From positions 1 to 37,287 of the IMG/VR virus record IMGVR_UViG_3300030106_004177: DNA of 37,287 bases; one strand, given 5' to 3'. The stretch is from a virus (Duplodnaviria; Caudoviricetes). Shown piece after piece: positions 8,881-18,141 of the stretch. The notes beneath the pieces were generated by a model. That model searched no databases. It was not told the DNA's origin and was given only the letters and a program-made list of their open reading frames with translations. Made by a program: the position numbers and the translations under genes. The stretch's first letter is position 1. Every line of letters begins with the position of its first letter.

Positions 8881-11361
8881 ATGGCTTCAACACCATCAGA
8901 ACGCCTTTCATTACGTTTGATTGGCACAGGTGATTTCGCTGATACGTGGGGTGCTGAACTTAACTCAGATACCTTGGCGCTAATAGATGAGGCTGTGTCG
9001 GGTGTAGAAGAGATAAGCCTTACTGGTAACATAACTCTATCAACAACGCTGTATCAAACGAACCAAGCACGAAATAGGGTATTACGATTTACAGATGGTG
9101 GTTTATCATCAGCGCCTACTATTGGGCTACCATCTACAGAGCGTTGGTATGTAATTCAGAACGCTACTGGTGGCACTTACGCATTAACATTCAACAACGG
9201 ATCATCAAGCGTAAGCGTAGCCGCAAATATCGACACAGCGATTATCTGGCAAACTGGTAGCACACTATATGGAATAGACTTAGCAAAAGGCACAGATGTA
9301 GCCACAGTTGCCCCAGAAATAGCCAACAACAACCTACAAACGGTGGCTGGGCAGATAGCGCCAACTAATAACTTATCTACCGTTGCAGGGATAAGCAGTG
9401 ACATAACAACGGTTGCAAACCCTACTTATAAGGCGCTTGTCGAGGTTGTTGGAGAAGCAACCTACAAGGCACTGGTCGAGGTTGTTGGCGAGACAAACTA
9501 CAAAGCACTGGTCGAAGTTGTCGGAGAGTCTGTTTATAAATCTCTTGTCGAAACAGTAGGTAACGCAACTTATAAAGCGTTAGTCGAAACGGTTGGGGAA
9601 ACAACCTACAAAGCATTAGTAGAGACAGTAGGTGAGTCAGTTTATAAATCCGTTGTTGAGACGGTAGGAGAGGCTGTCTATAAAGCGAAAGTTGAAACAG
9701 TCGCTGATGCAACTTATAAAAGCCAAATTGAGGCGCTAAACGATGTAACATATAAAGCACAATTGCAAGATATTGCAACAAGCCCATACAAACCGATAAT
9801 TGAAACGGTGGGTAACGCAACCTATAAAGCACTCGTTGAAGTAGTTGGTGAGTCAACTTACAAAGCACTCGTTGAGACTGTAGGAAATGCCACATATAAA
9901 GCGGTAGTGGAAACGGTTGGTGAGTCAGTTTACAAAGGAAAAGTTGAGACAGTAGCAGGAATTAGCAACGAGGTGCAATCTGTTGCTAATGCGGAAGCCA
10001 ATGGCGCTGTATCGGCGTTTGGCACAATATACCAAGTCAGCACAAATGATCCGACAGCTAGAGGTAACGGTGCAACGCCACTGGTTGCGGGTGATTTGGC
10101 CTACGTGACCTCAAGTAGCAAGCTCCGAATTTGGAACGGAACACAGTTCGAGGACGCTGGGTCTGCTGTATCTGGATTGCGTGCAATACATGATTTTGTA
10201 GCAACTGCAAACCAAACTGTATTTCCAGCGTCAGGAAGCATTGCCTACGATCAAACTGCTGGCGGGGCGGCAATTTCAGTTTATCTCAATGGTGTTTTAC
10301 TGAAAGCAACTGATTATACAGCCACTAACGGCACATCGATTACTCTAGCCTCTGGCGTTAATGCAAATGACGAAGTTTGCATCCATTGTTTTTCAACAAC
10401 GCAATTTGCAAACACGTATGACCAGAGCCAAGTAAATAATTTACTTGCCGCGAAAGCTGATTTAGCAAGCCCAAATTTTTCTGGCACTCCCCAAATAAGT
10501 GGCGCGAATATAATCACTGAAGTATCACAAGACACTTCGCCAGCACTTGGCGGTGACTTGCAGATGGGTAGTTTTGCCATAAGCGATGGCACCTTGGCGG
10601 TCAAGAATAATGGCACACCTTCAGAGCTTCGTCTTTATTGTGAAGCAGGGTCTCATTATGTTTCGCTAAAATCGCCTAACCACTCAGCATTCTCAGGAAA
10701 TCACAGTATCACCATGCCCCCAAATACTGGTAACAGTGGTGAGTTTCTGAAAACAGACGGCAACGGAGTGACAAGCTGGGCGGCGGCTGGCGGTGGATCT
10801 TGGGATTTGCTGTCAACAACAACTGTCACAAGTAGCGTAGCCTCAGTAACTATAAATGGTACAGCGGCAGGGTTTGATGATGCCACCTATGGTCAATATT
10901 GTATTATTTTCCCTTATTGGCAACATAGTGGCAGTTTAGGTAACGCAAGAGTCTCGTATTTATATACATCAGGTGGTTCTGTTTTAGTTGCCCCAAGGCA
11001 TAAATTCTCTATGGCACAACACTATAATTCGTACAGTCAAGCAACTGATAATAGTGGCAACTACATTACAATAGGAAACGGTGATGGAACAACATTGTCA
11101 GGACAAATATTTTTTACTCTTGCTAACCCCCCATACGGATCAGGTGGAAATAGCGCACCCGCTGGAACAGGTGGTCCGCGATTTATAGCGCAATGTGCTA
11201 TGGATAATAACTGGTTCTCCCAACATGGCAATAGAACTATGATCACACACACTGCGGCAAACGCATATGAAACATCATACACATATACAGGGTTAAGGTT
11301 TTATGGTGAGTACGGCAATATAACTAACGCAAAATTTTACTTGTATGGAATCAAAAAATGA
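8881..11361 (+). CDS. Tail fibre protein, 826 aa, with 12-aa tandem repeats
   Basis: N-terminal anchor (L.LIGTG...TWG..LN), repeat shaft, VYLNGVLL..DYTATNG module, G.FLKTDGNG..SW knuckle and a C-terminal head ending FYLYGIKK; followed by a chaperone gene. Confidence 0.9.
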   Translation: MASTPSERLSLRLIGTGDFADTWGAELNSDTLALIDEAVSGVEEISLTGNITLSTTLYQTNQARNRVLRFTDGGLSSAPTIGLPSTERWYVIQNATGGTYALTFNNGSSSVSVAANIDTAIIWQTGSTLYGIDLAKGTDVATVAPEIANNNLQTVAGQIAPTNNLSTVAGISSDITTVANPTYKALVEVVGEATYKALVEVVGETNYKALVEVVGESVYKSLVETVGNATYKALVETVGETTYKALVETVGESVYKSVVETVGEAVYKAKVETVADATYKSQIEALNDVTYKAQLQDIATSPYKPIIETVGNATYKALVEVVGESTYKALVETVGNATYKAVVETVGESVYKGKVETVAGISNEVQSVANAEANGAVSAFGTIYQVSTNDPTARGNGATPLVAGDLAYVTSSSKLRIWNGTQFEDAGSAVSGLRAIHDFVATANQTVFPASGSIAYDQTAGGAAISVYLNGVLLKATDYTATNGTSITLASGVNANDEVCIHCFSTTQFANTYDQSQVNNLLAAKADLASPNFSGTPQISGANIITEVSQDTSPALGGDLQMGSFAISDGTLAVKNNGTPSELRLYCEAGSHYVSLKSPNHSAFSGNHSITMPPNTGNSGEFLKTDGNGVTSWAAAGGGSWDLLSTTTVTSSVASVTINGTAAGFDDATYGQYCIIFPYWQHSGSLGNARVSYLYTSGGSVLVAPRHKFSMAQHYNSYSQATDNSGNYITIGNGDGTTLSGQIFFTLANPPYGSGGNSAPAGTGGPRFIAQCAMDNNWFSQHGNRTMITHTAANAYETSYTYTGLRFYGEYGNITNAKFYLYGIKK
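9424..9963 (+). repeat. 15 x 36-nt coding tandem repeat (consensus TYKALVETVGEx)
   Basis: Fifteen consecutive YK-anchored 12-residue units with heavily varied synonymous codons. Confidence 0.95.
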
Positions 11362-11654
11362 GTGAGCGACAATACACACAAACTCCTGATGGTTTTGATA
11401 ACATTCCGTTTACAGACGAAGAGCAGGCTGAATGGGAAGCGCGACAAGCTGGTGCTAATGATGGCATAGCCGCGATGAGATCAAATGTTGCGCGGCAAGA
11501 AAGAAACAGATTGTTAGGCGAAACCGACTATGCCGCCTTGCCTGATACACCCGAAATGAGCGATGCGATGAAAACGTATCGACAGGCATTACGTGATCTG
11601 CCAGCGCAAGATGGCTGGCCCAATGTTGAGTTTCCAGAAAGGCCAAGCGAATGA
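11358..11654 (+). CDS. Tail fibre assembly chaperone
   Basis: R.ERNRLL.ETD....PD.P.....YRQALRDLP signature. Confidence 0.85.
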   Translation: MSERQYTQTPDGFDNIPFTDEEQAEWEARQAGANDGIAAMRSNVARQERNRLLGETDYAALPDTPEMSDAMKTYRQALRDLPAQDGWPNVEFPERPSE

Positions 11655-13243
11655 GTAGAGCGAGAGATGTTGCTTCCAACAATTTGGCGTTAATTAATCC
11701 AACTTCTGACGGCAACTTATTGACTGCAAGCAGCGGAGCATGGGTATCGCAAGCACCAGCCCCAGCGCCGCCAGCGGGTAATCAAGTGCAACTGACGGCA
11801 TCAGGCACGTTAGCAAATGGCGATCCTGTAGTCCTCAATGCAAATGGCACAGTTTCAGCGGTTGCTGGTACTCAAGGCGGGGCGGCTGGAAAAACGGCTT
11901 ATGTTGCCAATAACGTAGGTATCAATAGTGGATGTTTTCATGCAGGGCAAAATGCTTTTGTCATAGCTTACAGCGATAATACCCAATCTGGGTCTGGCTA
12001 TGTTGTCGCGGGTACTGTCAATGCTTCTACAAACACATTTACGTTTGGCACACCAGTACAGTTTGAAAGTGATTATGTAGCTAACTTAGACATTTGTTAT
12101 GACTCTGGGTCACAGCTTGTCCATATAGCTTATACTGAACAAAATAACGGTTATGCAACGATTCGCGCTTACTCGTTAAGCGGAACAACCTTAACAGCCG
12201 CAACGAGCGCAACAGCCGTAAATGGAACTAATTCAGCCGCGCACACACGAATAACCTACGATGCTTATTATGATCAACTTGTAGTCGGATTTAGAGATAT
12301 TTCATCAAGTAATTACGCAAGAGCCAAAGCCTACAATTATTCTGGCGGCAGTTACACAACTGGCGGTATTATTACAATGCAAAGTAGTTTGTCTTATAGC
12401 AACCAGCAAGCGTATGATCCTGTAAACTACAAGCACGTTCATGTTTGTGCTGGTAATAATGGTTGGCCTCAAGCATATACGCTTACTGTAAGTGGTACAG
12501 GCGCATCCCCTACTTTATCAACTAGCCCAGCAACGCAAATGTTTGGTAATGCAGTTTCATATTTTGCTTTGGAATATTTTCCACCTACGCAACATATGGT
12601 TTTTGTGTATCAGTTAAATAGTAACTCCACTGGTTATGTATCCATTGGGTTTTACAATAGTAATCTTGGGCGTTGGGATGCGTGGACTTCTACTGGTACT
12701 AGTTATATCATTTCACAAGGCGGTGGCTACGGTGGATCAATGAGTAACTCTGCAAATACTCGCTATGGTTACGACGAAGACAACCAAGAATTAATTATAA
12801 CATATGCAGGCAGTGGGTCTGATGGTGCGTTAGTTGTTGCTGTTAAAGTCGATGCAAACGGTGCAATAACGACACGCGGGCCACAACAATTTGACACCAC
12901 TGCTAGTTATTATCATGGCACTGTTTATGACACTTCGCAAAATGTGCCTGTAGCTACATTCCACGATCAAAGCGATGGCAACAAGGGATCAACCGCCATC
13001 GTACGTTTTGACTCAACAAATCTAACTGCATCAAACTTTATTGGGTTTAGCGCAGGGGCAGTTACGGATGGAAACACTGCAACGGTACAAACTACTGGCA
13101 ATGTTTCTGATGCACAAACAGGGCTAACGGCTGTCACTGATTATTTCGTGCGGATAGATGGCACTTTAAACACCACGGCAGATCCAAACTTTAACGTACC
13201 TGCTGGCAAAGCATTATCCGCAACAAAGCTATTAATTGCGTGA
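11651..13243 (+). CDS. Second tail fibre/spike, beta-propeller-like receptor-binding protein
   Basis: ASGTLANGDPVVLNANGTVS...NLTASNFIG...AGKALSATKLLI frame enclosing repeated YD-containing beta blades. Confidence 0.75.
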   Translation: MSRARDVASNNLALINPTSDGNLLTASSGAWVSQAPAPAPPAGNQVQLTASGTLANGDPVVLNANGTVSAVAGTQGGAAGKTAYVANNVGINSGCFHAGQNAFVIAYSDNTQSGSGYVVAGTVNASTNTFTFGTPVQFESDYVANLDICYDSGSQLVHIAYTEQNNGYATIRAYSLSGTTLTAATSATAVNGTNSAAHTRITYDAYYDQLVVGFRDISSSNYARAKAYNYSGGSYTTGGIITMQSSLSYSNQQAYDPVNYKHVHVCAGNNGWPQAYTLTVSGTGASPTLSTSPATQMFGNAVSYFALEYFPPTQHMVFVYQLNSNSTGYVSIGFYNSNLGRWDAWTSTGTSYIISQGGGYGGSMSNSANTRYGYDEDNQELIITYAGSGSDGALVVAVKVDANGAITTRGPQQFDTTASYYHGTVYDTSQNVPVATFHDQSDGNKGSTAIVRFDSTNLTASNFIGFSAGAVTDGNTATVQTTGNVSDAQTGLTAVTDYFVRIDGTLNTTADPNFNVPAGKALSATKLLIA

Positions 13244-13250
13244 GGAATTG

Positions 13251-13520
13251 ATGAAAGCACAAATTAGAAAAAGTGATAACACGGTCGGTCGCTTCTGGCC
13301 TGATGCAAAAACGCTTGAGTTGAATGGCGAACAATTAACGGTGTCAGAAGGCGACTTTATAGAATTGATTGATATGGATGCAACAACCGAAAACACGACT
13401 ATCGTTGAAGGCCTTGATGAGCCAGAAGATTTTCAACCGCATAAATATCAATACGTTGACGGTGCTTTGAGTGTCGTTGATGGTTGGATTGATTTGATAT
13501 ACGAAATAGTTGAGGAATAA
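13251..13520 (+). CDS. Small acidic tail-associated protein
   Basis: GAGGA RBS before ATG 13251; PEDFQPHKYQY.DG motif; follows the spike gene. Confidence 0.6.
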   Translation: MKAQIRKSDNTVGRFWPDAKTLELNGEQLTVSEGDFIELIDMDATTENTTIVEGLDEPEDFQPHKYQYVDGALSVVDGWIDLIYEIVEE

Positions 13521-15614
13521 ATGCCATTAGTAGCAGTACAACCGCAAGCTGGCACTGTTAAAGACGCTAGTGAATACAGCATTGGTGCGTATGTCGATAG
13601 CGATAAAATACGTTATAGGTCAGTTCAAGGCGCTGGCGCACAACCACAAGTTATTGGCGGTTGGGAGTTAAAATTTACCGACACAATGTTGGGCCGTGTA
13701 AGAGGGGCGCACCAATGGCGCGATAATGACGGCAACGCATATTTAGCTATTGGCAGTCATCGCAAGTTAATGGTCGAGCGCAGTGAAAATCTGTGGGATA
13801 TAACGCCAGTAGAAGCACCAGCTTCTATGCCAACCGATCCTGTCAGCGTTGTTAATACAGAGACAAAAGCCACTATTACAACGTCAGCAAGTCACTATAT
13901 GACAGTAGGCACATTTGTTTATATTACAGGCTTAACGGCTGTTGGCGGTGTTACAATTGGTGGTGGCTCTGGCACGTTTGCTAGTGGCCCATTAGCTGTA
14001 ACAATAGGCAGTACAATCATCAGGGTAACATTAGCCAATCACGGTTTAAGCAATGGTGACTTTGTTACGATAAGCGGTGTAAGTGGCGCACAGAATGGCA
14101 TACCAGATACAGAAATAAACATACGACACAGTGTATATGTATCAAGCACGTCTGAATTTTTAATTGAAGTAGAAACGCCAGCTACATCGTCAGGCTCTGG
14201 TCTTGGCGGTTCACCAAATTATGTTACGCATACACAAGCGGAAGTCTTAACGGTTCCAAGCGCAACGACTTTTACTGTTGCGTGTCCAGCGGCTAATGCT
14301 ACGGCATCAGGCGGTGGGGTAAACGGTGAGATTATTATAGAGTTAGCGGCTGGCTTGCAGAATACAACATCACAAGCTGGCTATGGGACAGGTGGGTACG
14401 GATTAGGCGTATATGGGTCAGGTGGCGAACAACTGACATCGTATGACGCAAGAATTTGGTTGCTTGAAAACTACGGCGAAGACTTAGTAGCTGTACCAAG
14501 AGGCGGTAGTTTATACCGTTGGCAATTGAACAGGAGTCAACGCTGTGTAGTTAATGCCGCTACTGACTGCCCTACACAAATCAATTATATGGCAGTTACG
14601 CCAGAGCAATTTTTGGTGTTAGGCGGTTGTGACGCTGGCTCTGGATTTGATGGCTTGCTGGTTATATGGGCCGCGCAAGCGCAAGGATTTACTACTGGCG
14701 ATTGGACAGCGGCGGCAACGAATACATCACGATCTTTGCGGCTAGGCGCTGGTTCTAACATTATAAGCATTGTGCCAAGTAGTTTTGTGACTGTCGTATT
14801 TACTGACGCAAGTATGCACCAGCTTAGATACTTGCAAGATACAGTATTTATTTACAGCCAAGACTTGGTGGCAGATGTTGGCATCATAGCGCCAAGGGCA
14901 TTTGCTAAAGACTCGCAAACAGGCGGTTTAGTGTTTCTGTCATCAAACTGGCAGTTCTACAAATTTCAAAACCAAACGTTGCAAGCGATACCTTGTGCTG
15001 TGCGCGATTTTATGCGCGATGAAGTGGTTACAGGATCACAGCAAGCCAAAATAGCTGGCGTGGGCATATCACAGTTTAACGAAGCATGGTTTTTCTATCC
15101 AGCGTCAGGGTTAGAGTGCAACAAGTATATTATATTCAGCATACAGGAAAATGTGTTTGCTACTGGCACGTTTGACAGAACGTTTGGGATAACAGGTGAA
15201 AACTACCCAATTATGTTTAGTTGGTCACCTGATTATAATTACGCCGAAACTTATCTGCATGAAAAGGGTGACAGCGCCCAAGGTGATCCGTTTGAGGCAT
15301 TTGTAGAGGCCGCGCCTGTTGATCTTAATGTAGGTGGCGGCGAAGGTGAAGTAATGATGGATGTGTCAGGTGTTGTGCCAGACTTCCAATCATTATCTGC
15401 TGGCGGCGATTTAACGTTAATTACAAAAGACAAACCTAATTCTACACCTGTGAACAATGGGCCGTTTACGATTGGGCCAACAACAGAGCGTGTTGACGTG
15501 CGTGTAACAGGAAGACAATTAGGTTGGAAGTTTAGTCGCAATGGAGCGCCGAATACTTGGAGACTTGGTAAAATGAGATTTGACATAGACGCAACTGCTG
15601 GACGGAGAGAGTAA
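13521..15614 (+). CDS. Tail nozzle / DNA stabilisation protein (P22 gp10-like) with inserted beta-sandwich domains
   Basis: KIGGW-like start, W.L.NYGEDLVA, FNEAWFFYP, VVPDF, R.TGRQ and WRLG..RFD....GRR. The insert carries two H.(L/M)..G.FV.I.G modules. Confidence 0.75.
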   Translation: MPLVAVQPQAGTVKDASEYSIGAYVDSDKIRYRSVQGAGAQPQVIGGWELKFTDTMLGRVRGAHQWRDNDGNAYLAIGSHRKLMVERSENLWDITPVEAPASMPTDPVSVVNTETKATITTSASHYMTVGTFVYITGLTAVGGVTIGGGSGTFASGPLAVTIGSTIIRVTLANHGLSNGDFVTISGVSGAQNGIPDTEINIRHSVYVSSTSEFLIEVETPATSSGSGLGGSPNYVTHTQAEVLTVPSATTFTVACPAANATASGGGVNGEIIIELAAGLQNTTSQAGYGTGGYGLGVYGSGGEQLTSYDARIWLLENYGEDLVAVPRGGSLYRWQLNRSQRCVVNAATDCPTQINYMAVTPEQFLVLGGCDAGSGFDGLLVIWAAQAQGFTTGDWTAAATNTSRSLRLGAGSNIISIVPSSFVTVVFTDASMHQLRYLQDTVFIYSQDLVADVGIIAPRAFAKDSQTGGLVFLSSNWQFYKFQNQTLQAIPCAVRDFMRDEVVTGSQQAKIAGVGISQFNEAWFFYPASGLECNKYIIFSIQENVFATGTFDRTFGITGENYPIMFSWSPDYNYAETYLHEKGDSAQGDPFEAFVEAAPVDLNVGGGEGEVMMDVSGVVPDFQSLSAGGDLTLITKDKPNSTPVNNGPFTIGPTTERVDVRVTGRQLGWKFSRNGAPNTWRLGKMRFDIDATAGRRE

Positions 15615-16210
15615 TGGCTCGTTACACACTACCACCTATAAATCAAATTGCTGGGTTTAACACAATGGGCAGACCAACCATGAACCCAGCGTCTGCCCGA
15701 CAAGCTTTTTTTCAAACGCCAGAAGGTGAGCCAATAAGCGCCGTCAATGCTGGCGAAGCCGTTTACGTGACGCAACAAGGTTACAACCCATTGTTTTACG
15801 GACAGACAGCCGCATACACAGGGCCACAAGGCCCAACAGATCGTGGCGAAAATATTTTTAGACTGCCAGAATTGCCAGAGGTTGTAGCTGATGACGGGCC
15901 AAAACAAGGTGTAAGTCAGGCGCAAATGCAAGGTCTTCAAAATATGATGATGTTTGGTGATGGTGGTTATAGCCGTCCACAATTCGGCAACATGGGTGTG
16001 CCAAACATTTATGAAATTTTTGAGCAAGCTTCAGACGGTTCTTATGTTTTGCCTGATAAATCAACTGGCGCATATGGCGCTGAATATTTTTATAATCAAG
16101 CTGGTACGCCGTTGCATAAACAATTAATGGATGACGGTTCAATGTTTGGTTATGATCGGGCTTTAAGAATAGGCGGTATGAGATTAAACCAGATTGATGA
16201 ACTTGCATAA
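15614..16210 (+). CDS. Hypothetical virion-module protein
   Basis: 198-aa ORF tightly coupled to both neighbours. Confidence 0.55.
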   Translation: MARYTLPPINQIAGFNTMGRPTMNPASARQAFFQTPEGEPISAVNAGEAVYVTQQGYNPLFYGQTAAYTGPQGPTDRGENIFRLPELPEVVADDGPKQGVSQAQMQGLQNMMMFGDGGYSRPQFGNMGVPNIYEIFEQASDGSYVLPDKSTGAYGAEYFYNQAGTPLHKQLMDDGSMFGYDRALRIGGMRLNQIDELA

Positions 16211-16615
16211 ATGCTTAGATTAGAAGGTGACGCATTAAGGACGGCATGGCCTCAACTGCGATATATGATCGAGCAAGCACGAAACAAAAGCAAATGCACT
16301 GACGCATTTATTGTAGAAGACGTTTACCACCAGTGCATGATCAACGACACATTTTGTTATGTGGTTGGAGAAGGTGCAACAATACAAGGCGCTTTGTTTT
16401 TGCGTCCAGTGAACAACTTTGGTGAGATGGAATTACACGTGTGGTTAGCGTGTTTTAGAAGACCAGCATCATTGGCAAACCATGTGCAGTGGCTAGAAGA
16501 TTTAGCCAGATCAATCAAGGCGCAACGTATTACCTGTCATTCGCCAAGGGCGTTTGAGAAGTATTTAGAAGGAACAGAAGTAGTCAGCAAACGATTTGTA
16601 AAGGAGTTATTCTAA
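16211..16615 (+). CDS. GNAT-fold-like protein (positional equivalent of T7 gp13)
   Basis: About 134 aa between nozzle and ejection genes; LHVWLA...LEDLARSIKAQRI pattern. Confidence 0.55.
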   Translation: MLRLEGDALRTAWPQLRYMIEQARNKSKCTDAFIVEDVYHQCMINDTFCYVVGEGATIQGALFLRPVNNFGEMELHVWLACFRRPASLANHVQWLEDLARSIKAQRITCHSPRAFEKYLEGTEVVSKRFVKELF

Positions 16616-16959
16616 TGAGTGGCGGCTCACAAACATCATCATCAACAGTCAAACTTGATCCAAGGTTACAAAGCCTTGTTGACAGCATTTTGGATTATAC
16701 GCCAGCAATCATGGAAAGACCTTTTCCTAAATATGACTTGCCGCGTATTGCCAGCTTTACGCCTGATCAATTGGGTGCATTTGATATGACAAGGGCAAAC
16801 GTTGGATCTTTTCAGCCAGCTATGAACCAAAGCATAAATACGCTTGCACGATTTGCACAAGGGCCAAGAGTGCAGGGTACAAGTATGCAAAATGGCATGG
16901 TCAATACGCAACGTGCCACAGGAATACCATTGCCTAAATTACCAATGCCAACCGCTTAG
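16615..16959 (+). CDS. DNA-ejection/internal virion protein, N-terminal module
   Basis: MSGGSQTSSST...PFPKY..PRIASFTPDQ..AF, typical of the N-termini of podoviral pilot proteins. Confidence 0.65.
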   Translation: MSGGSQTSSSTVKLDPRLQSLVDSILDYTPAIMERPFPKYDLPRIASFTPDQLGAFDMTRANVGSFQPAMNQSINTLARFAQGPRVQGTSMQNGMVNTQRATGIPLPKLPMPTA

Positions 16960-16967
16960 AGGTTTAA

Positions 16968-18140
16968 ATGAGTAACCTAGACGTATTTGATAGAGATTTT
17001 TTGCTACAAAATTTTGATGAAGACGCTTACTTGGCGCAAAATCAAGACGTGGCAACTGCAATAGCAGACCCCAACAACCCTTTTACAATCGCGGCAAACG
17101 CCGATGCGGATGGCGATGGGGTTATCACTGGCCTAGATCATTTTTTAATTCATGGTATGGGTGAGGGCAGAGGCGCACCACTTATAACACAGCCAGAGCC
17201 AACAGTTACATACACGCCAGCCGCGCCACAGCCTACTTATTCGCCTGATCCTGTGCCTGTCAGTGAAACAATCCCAATGGCCCCACCGCCAATGGAGCCA
17301 ATAAATTTAAACGTGGTCGAAGGTGCTGACTTAGCGGAAAACTATTTCAATCCTTATCAAAATGAAGTAATCAACCAGTACATTAATACTTTTGGCGATG
17401 CGTTATCTAGAGCGCAGTTGTCTAATAACGCACTTGCTACAGCCGCTGGTGCATTTGGTGGTAGCGGTCAAGGCGTTGCAACGGCGCTAACAAATGAAGC
17501 CGCATTAAATACATTCGGTGATGACGTTGCAAAGCTACTGCAACAGGGGTTTGACACGGCTAATACGTTTGGCCTACAGGATGCCAGCCAATATAACGAT
17601 ATGACAGGTCTGGGCGCACAATTACAGATGCAGGGTGCAACAGCGTTGCCTAATGCCTCGCAGTCGCAACAAAATATGCAAAATACTGACGTGCAAAACT
17701 TGTTGAACATAGGCGGCGCACAACAAAATTTAAGTCAACAAAGCTTAGACCTTGCTTATGACGATTTTATCAAACAGTTCCAATACCCAATGGAGATGGT
17801 TAACTTTGGTGCTGGCCTTGCCTCTGGTGTACCTACAGGAACGACAACGATTGGCAAAACGCCAAGGGACATGGGCGGTAAAATGTCAGGTGCTGGTAAC
17901 TTATTGTCAGGCGGGGCTAAGATAGCTGGCAAGATGGGGGCTGGCGGTTGTTGGGTTGCTAGGGCTGTTTACGGCGAACAAAACCCACAATGGTTATTGT
18001 TTAGAGAGTGGTTATTTTCCGATGCGCCAGAGTGGTTGAGAAAAGGTTACATGGCCTACGGTGAGCGTATTGCAGAATTTATAAAAGATAAGCCAACAAT
18101 TAAACGTGTGATTAAATTCTTTATGGATAAGGTAATATAA
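16968..18140 (+). CDS. DNA-ejection/internal virion protein with an N-terminal FDExxYL domain and a C-terminal CWVAR (CFI-box-like) domain
   Basis: NPYQNEVI, AGAFGGS and DF..QFQYP core; ends GAGG-CWVARAVYG...FMDKVI. Confidence 0.7.
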   Translation: MSNLDVFDRDFLLQNFDEDAYLAQNQDVATAIADPNNPFTIAANADADGDGVITGLDHFLIHGMGEGRGAPLITQPEPTVTYTPAAPQPTYSPDPVPVSETIPMAPPPMEPINLNVVEGADLAENYFNPYQNEVINQYINTFGDALSRAQLSNNALATAAGAFGGSGQGVATALTNEAALNTFGDDVAKLLQQGFDTANTFGLQDASQYNDMTGLGAQLQMQGATALPNASQSQQNMQNTDVQNLLNIGGAQQNLSQQSLDLAYDDFIKQFQYPMEMVNFGAGLASGVPTGTTTIGKTPRDMGGKMSGAGNLLSGGAKIAGKMGAGGCWVARAVYGEQNPQWLLFREWLFSDAPEWLRKGYMAYGERIAEFIKDKPTIKRVIKFFMDKVI

Positions 18141-18141
18141 G

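Noticed and set aside
9424-9963. 36-nt periodic repeat as a CRISPR array
   Set aside because: Units are contiguous coding repeats without unique spacers, vary at third codon positions, and no cas genes are present.
16940-16970. Stop read-through or programmed frameshift joining the two ejection ORFs
   Set aside because: The ORFs are in different frames, no convincing slippery heptamer precedes the stop, and the second ORF has its own GAGG RBS.
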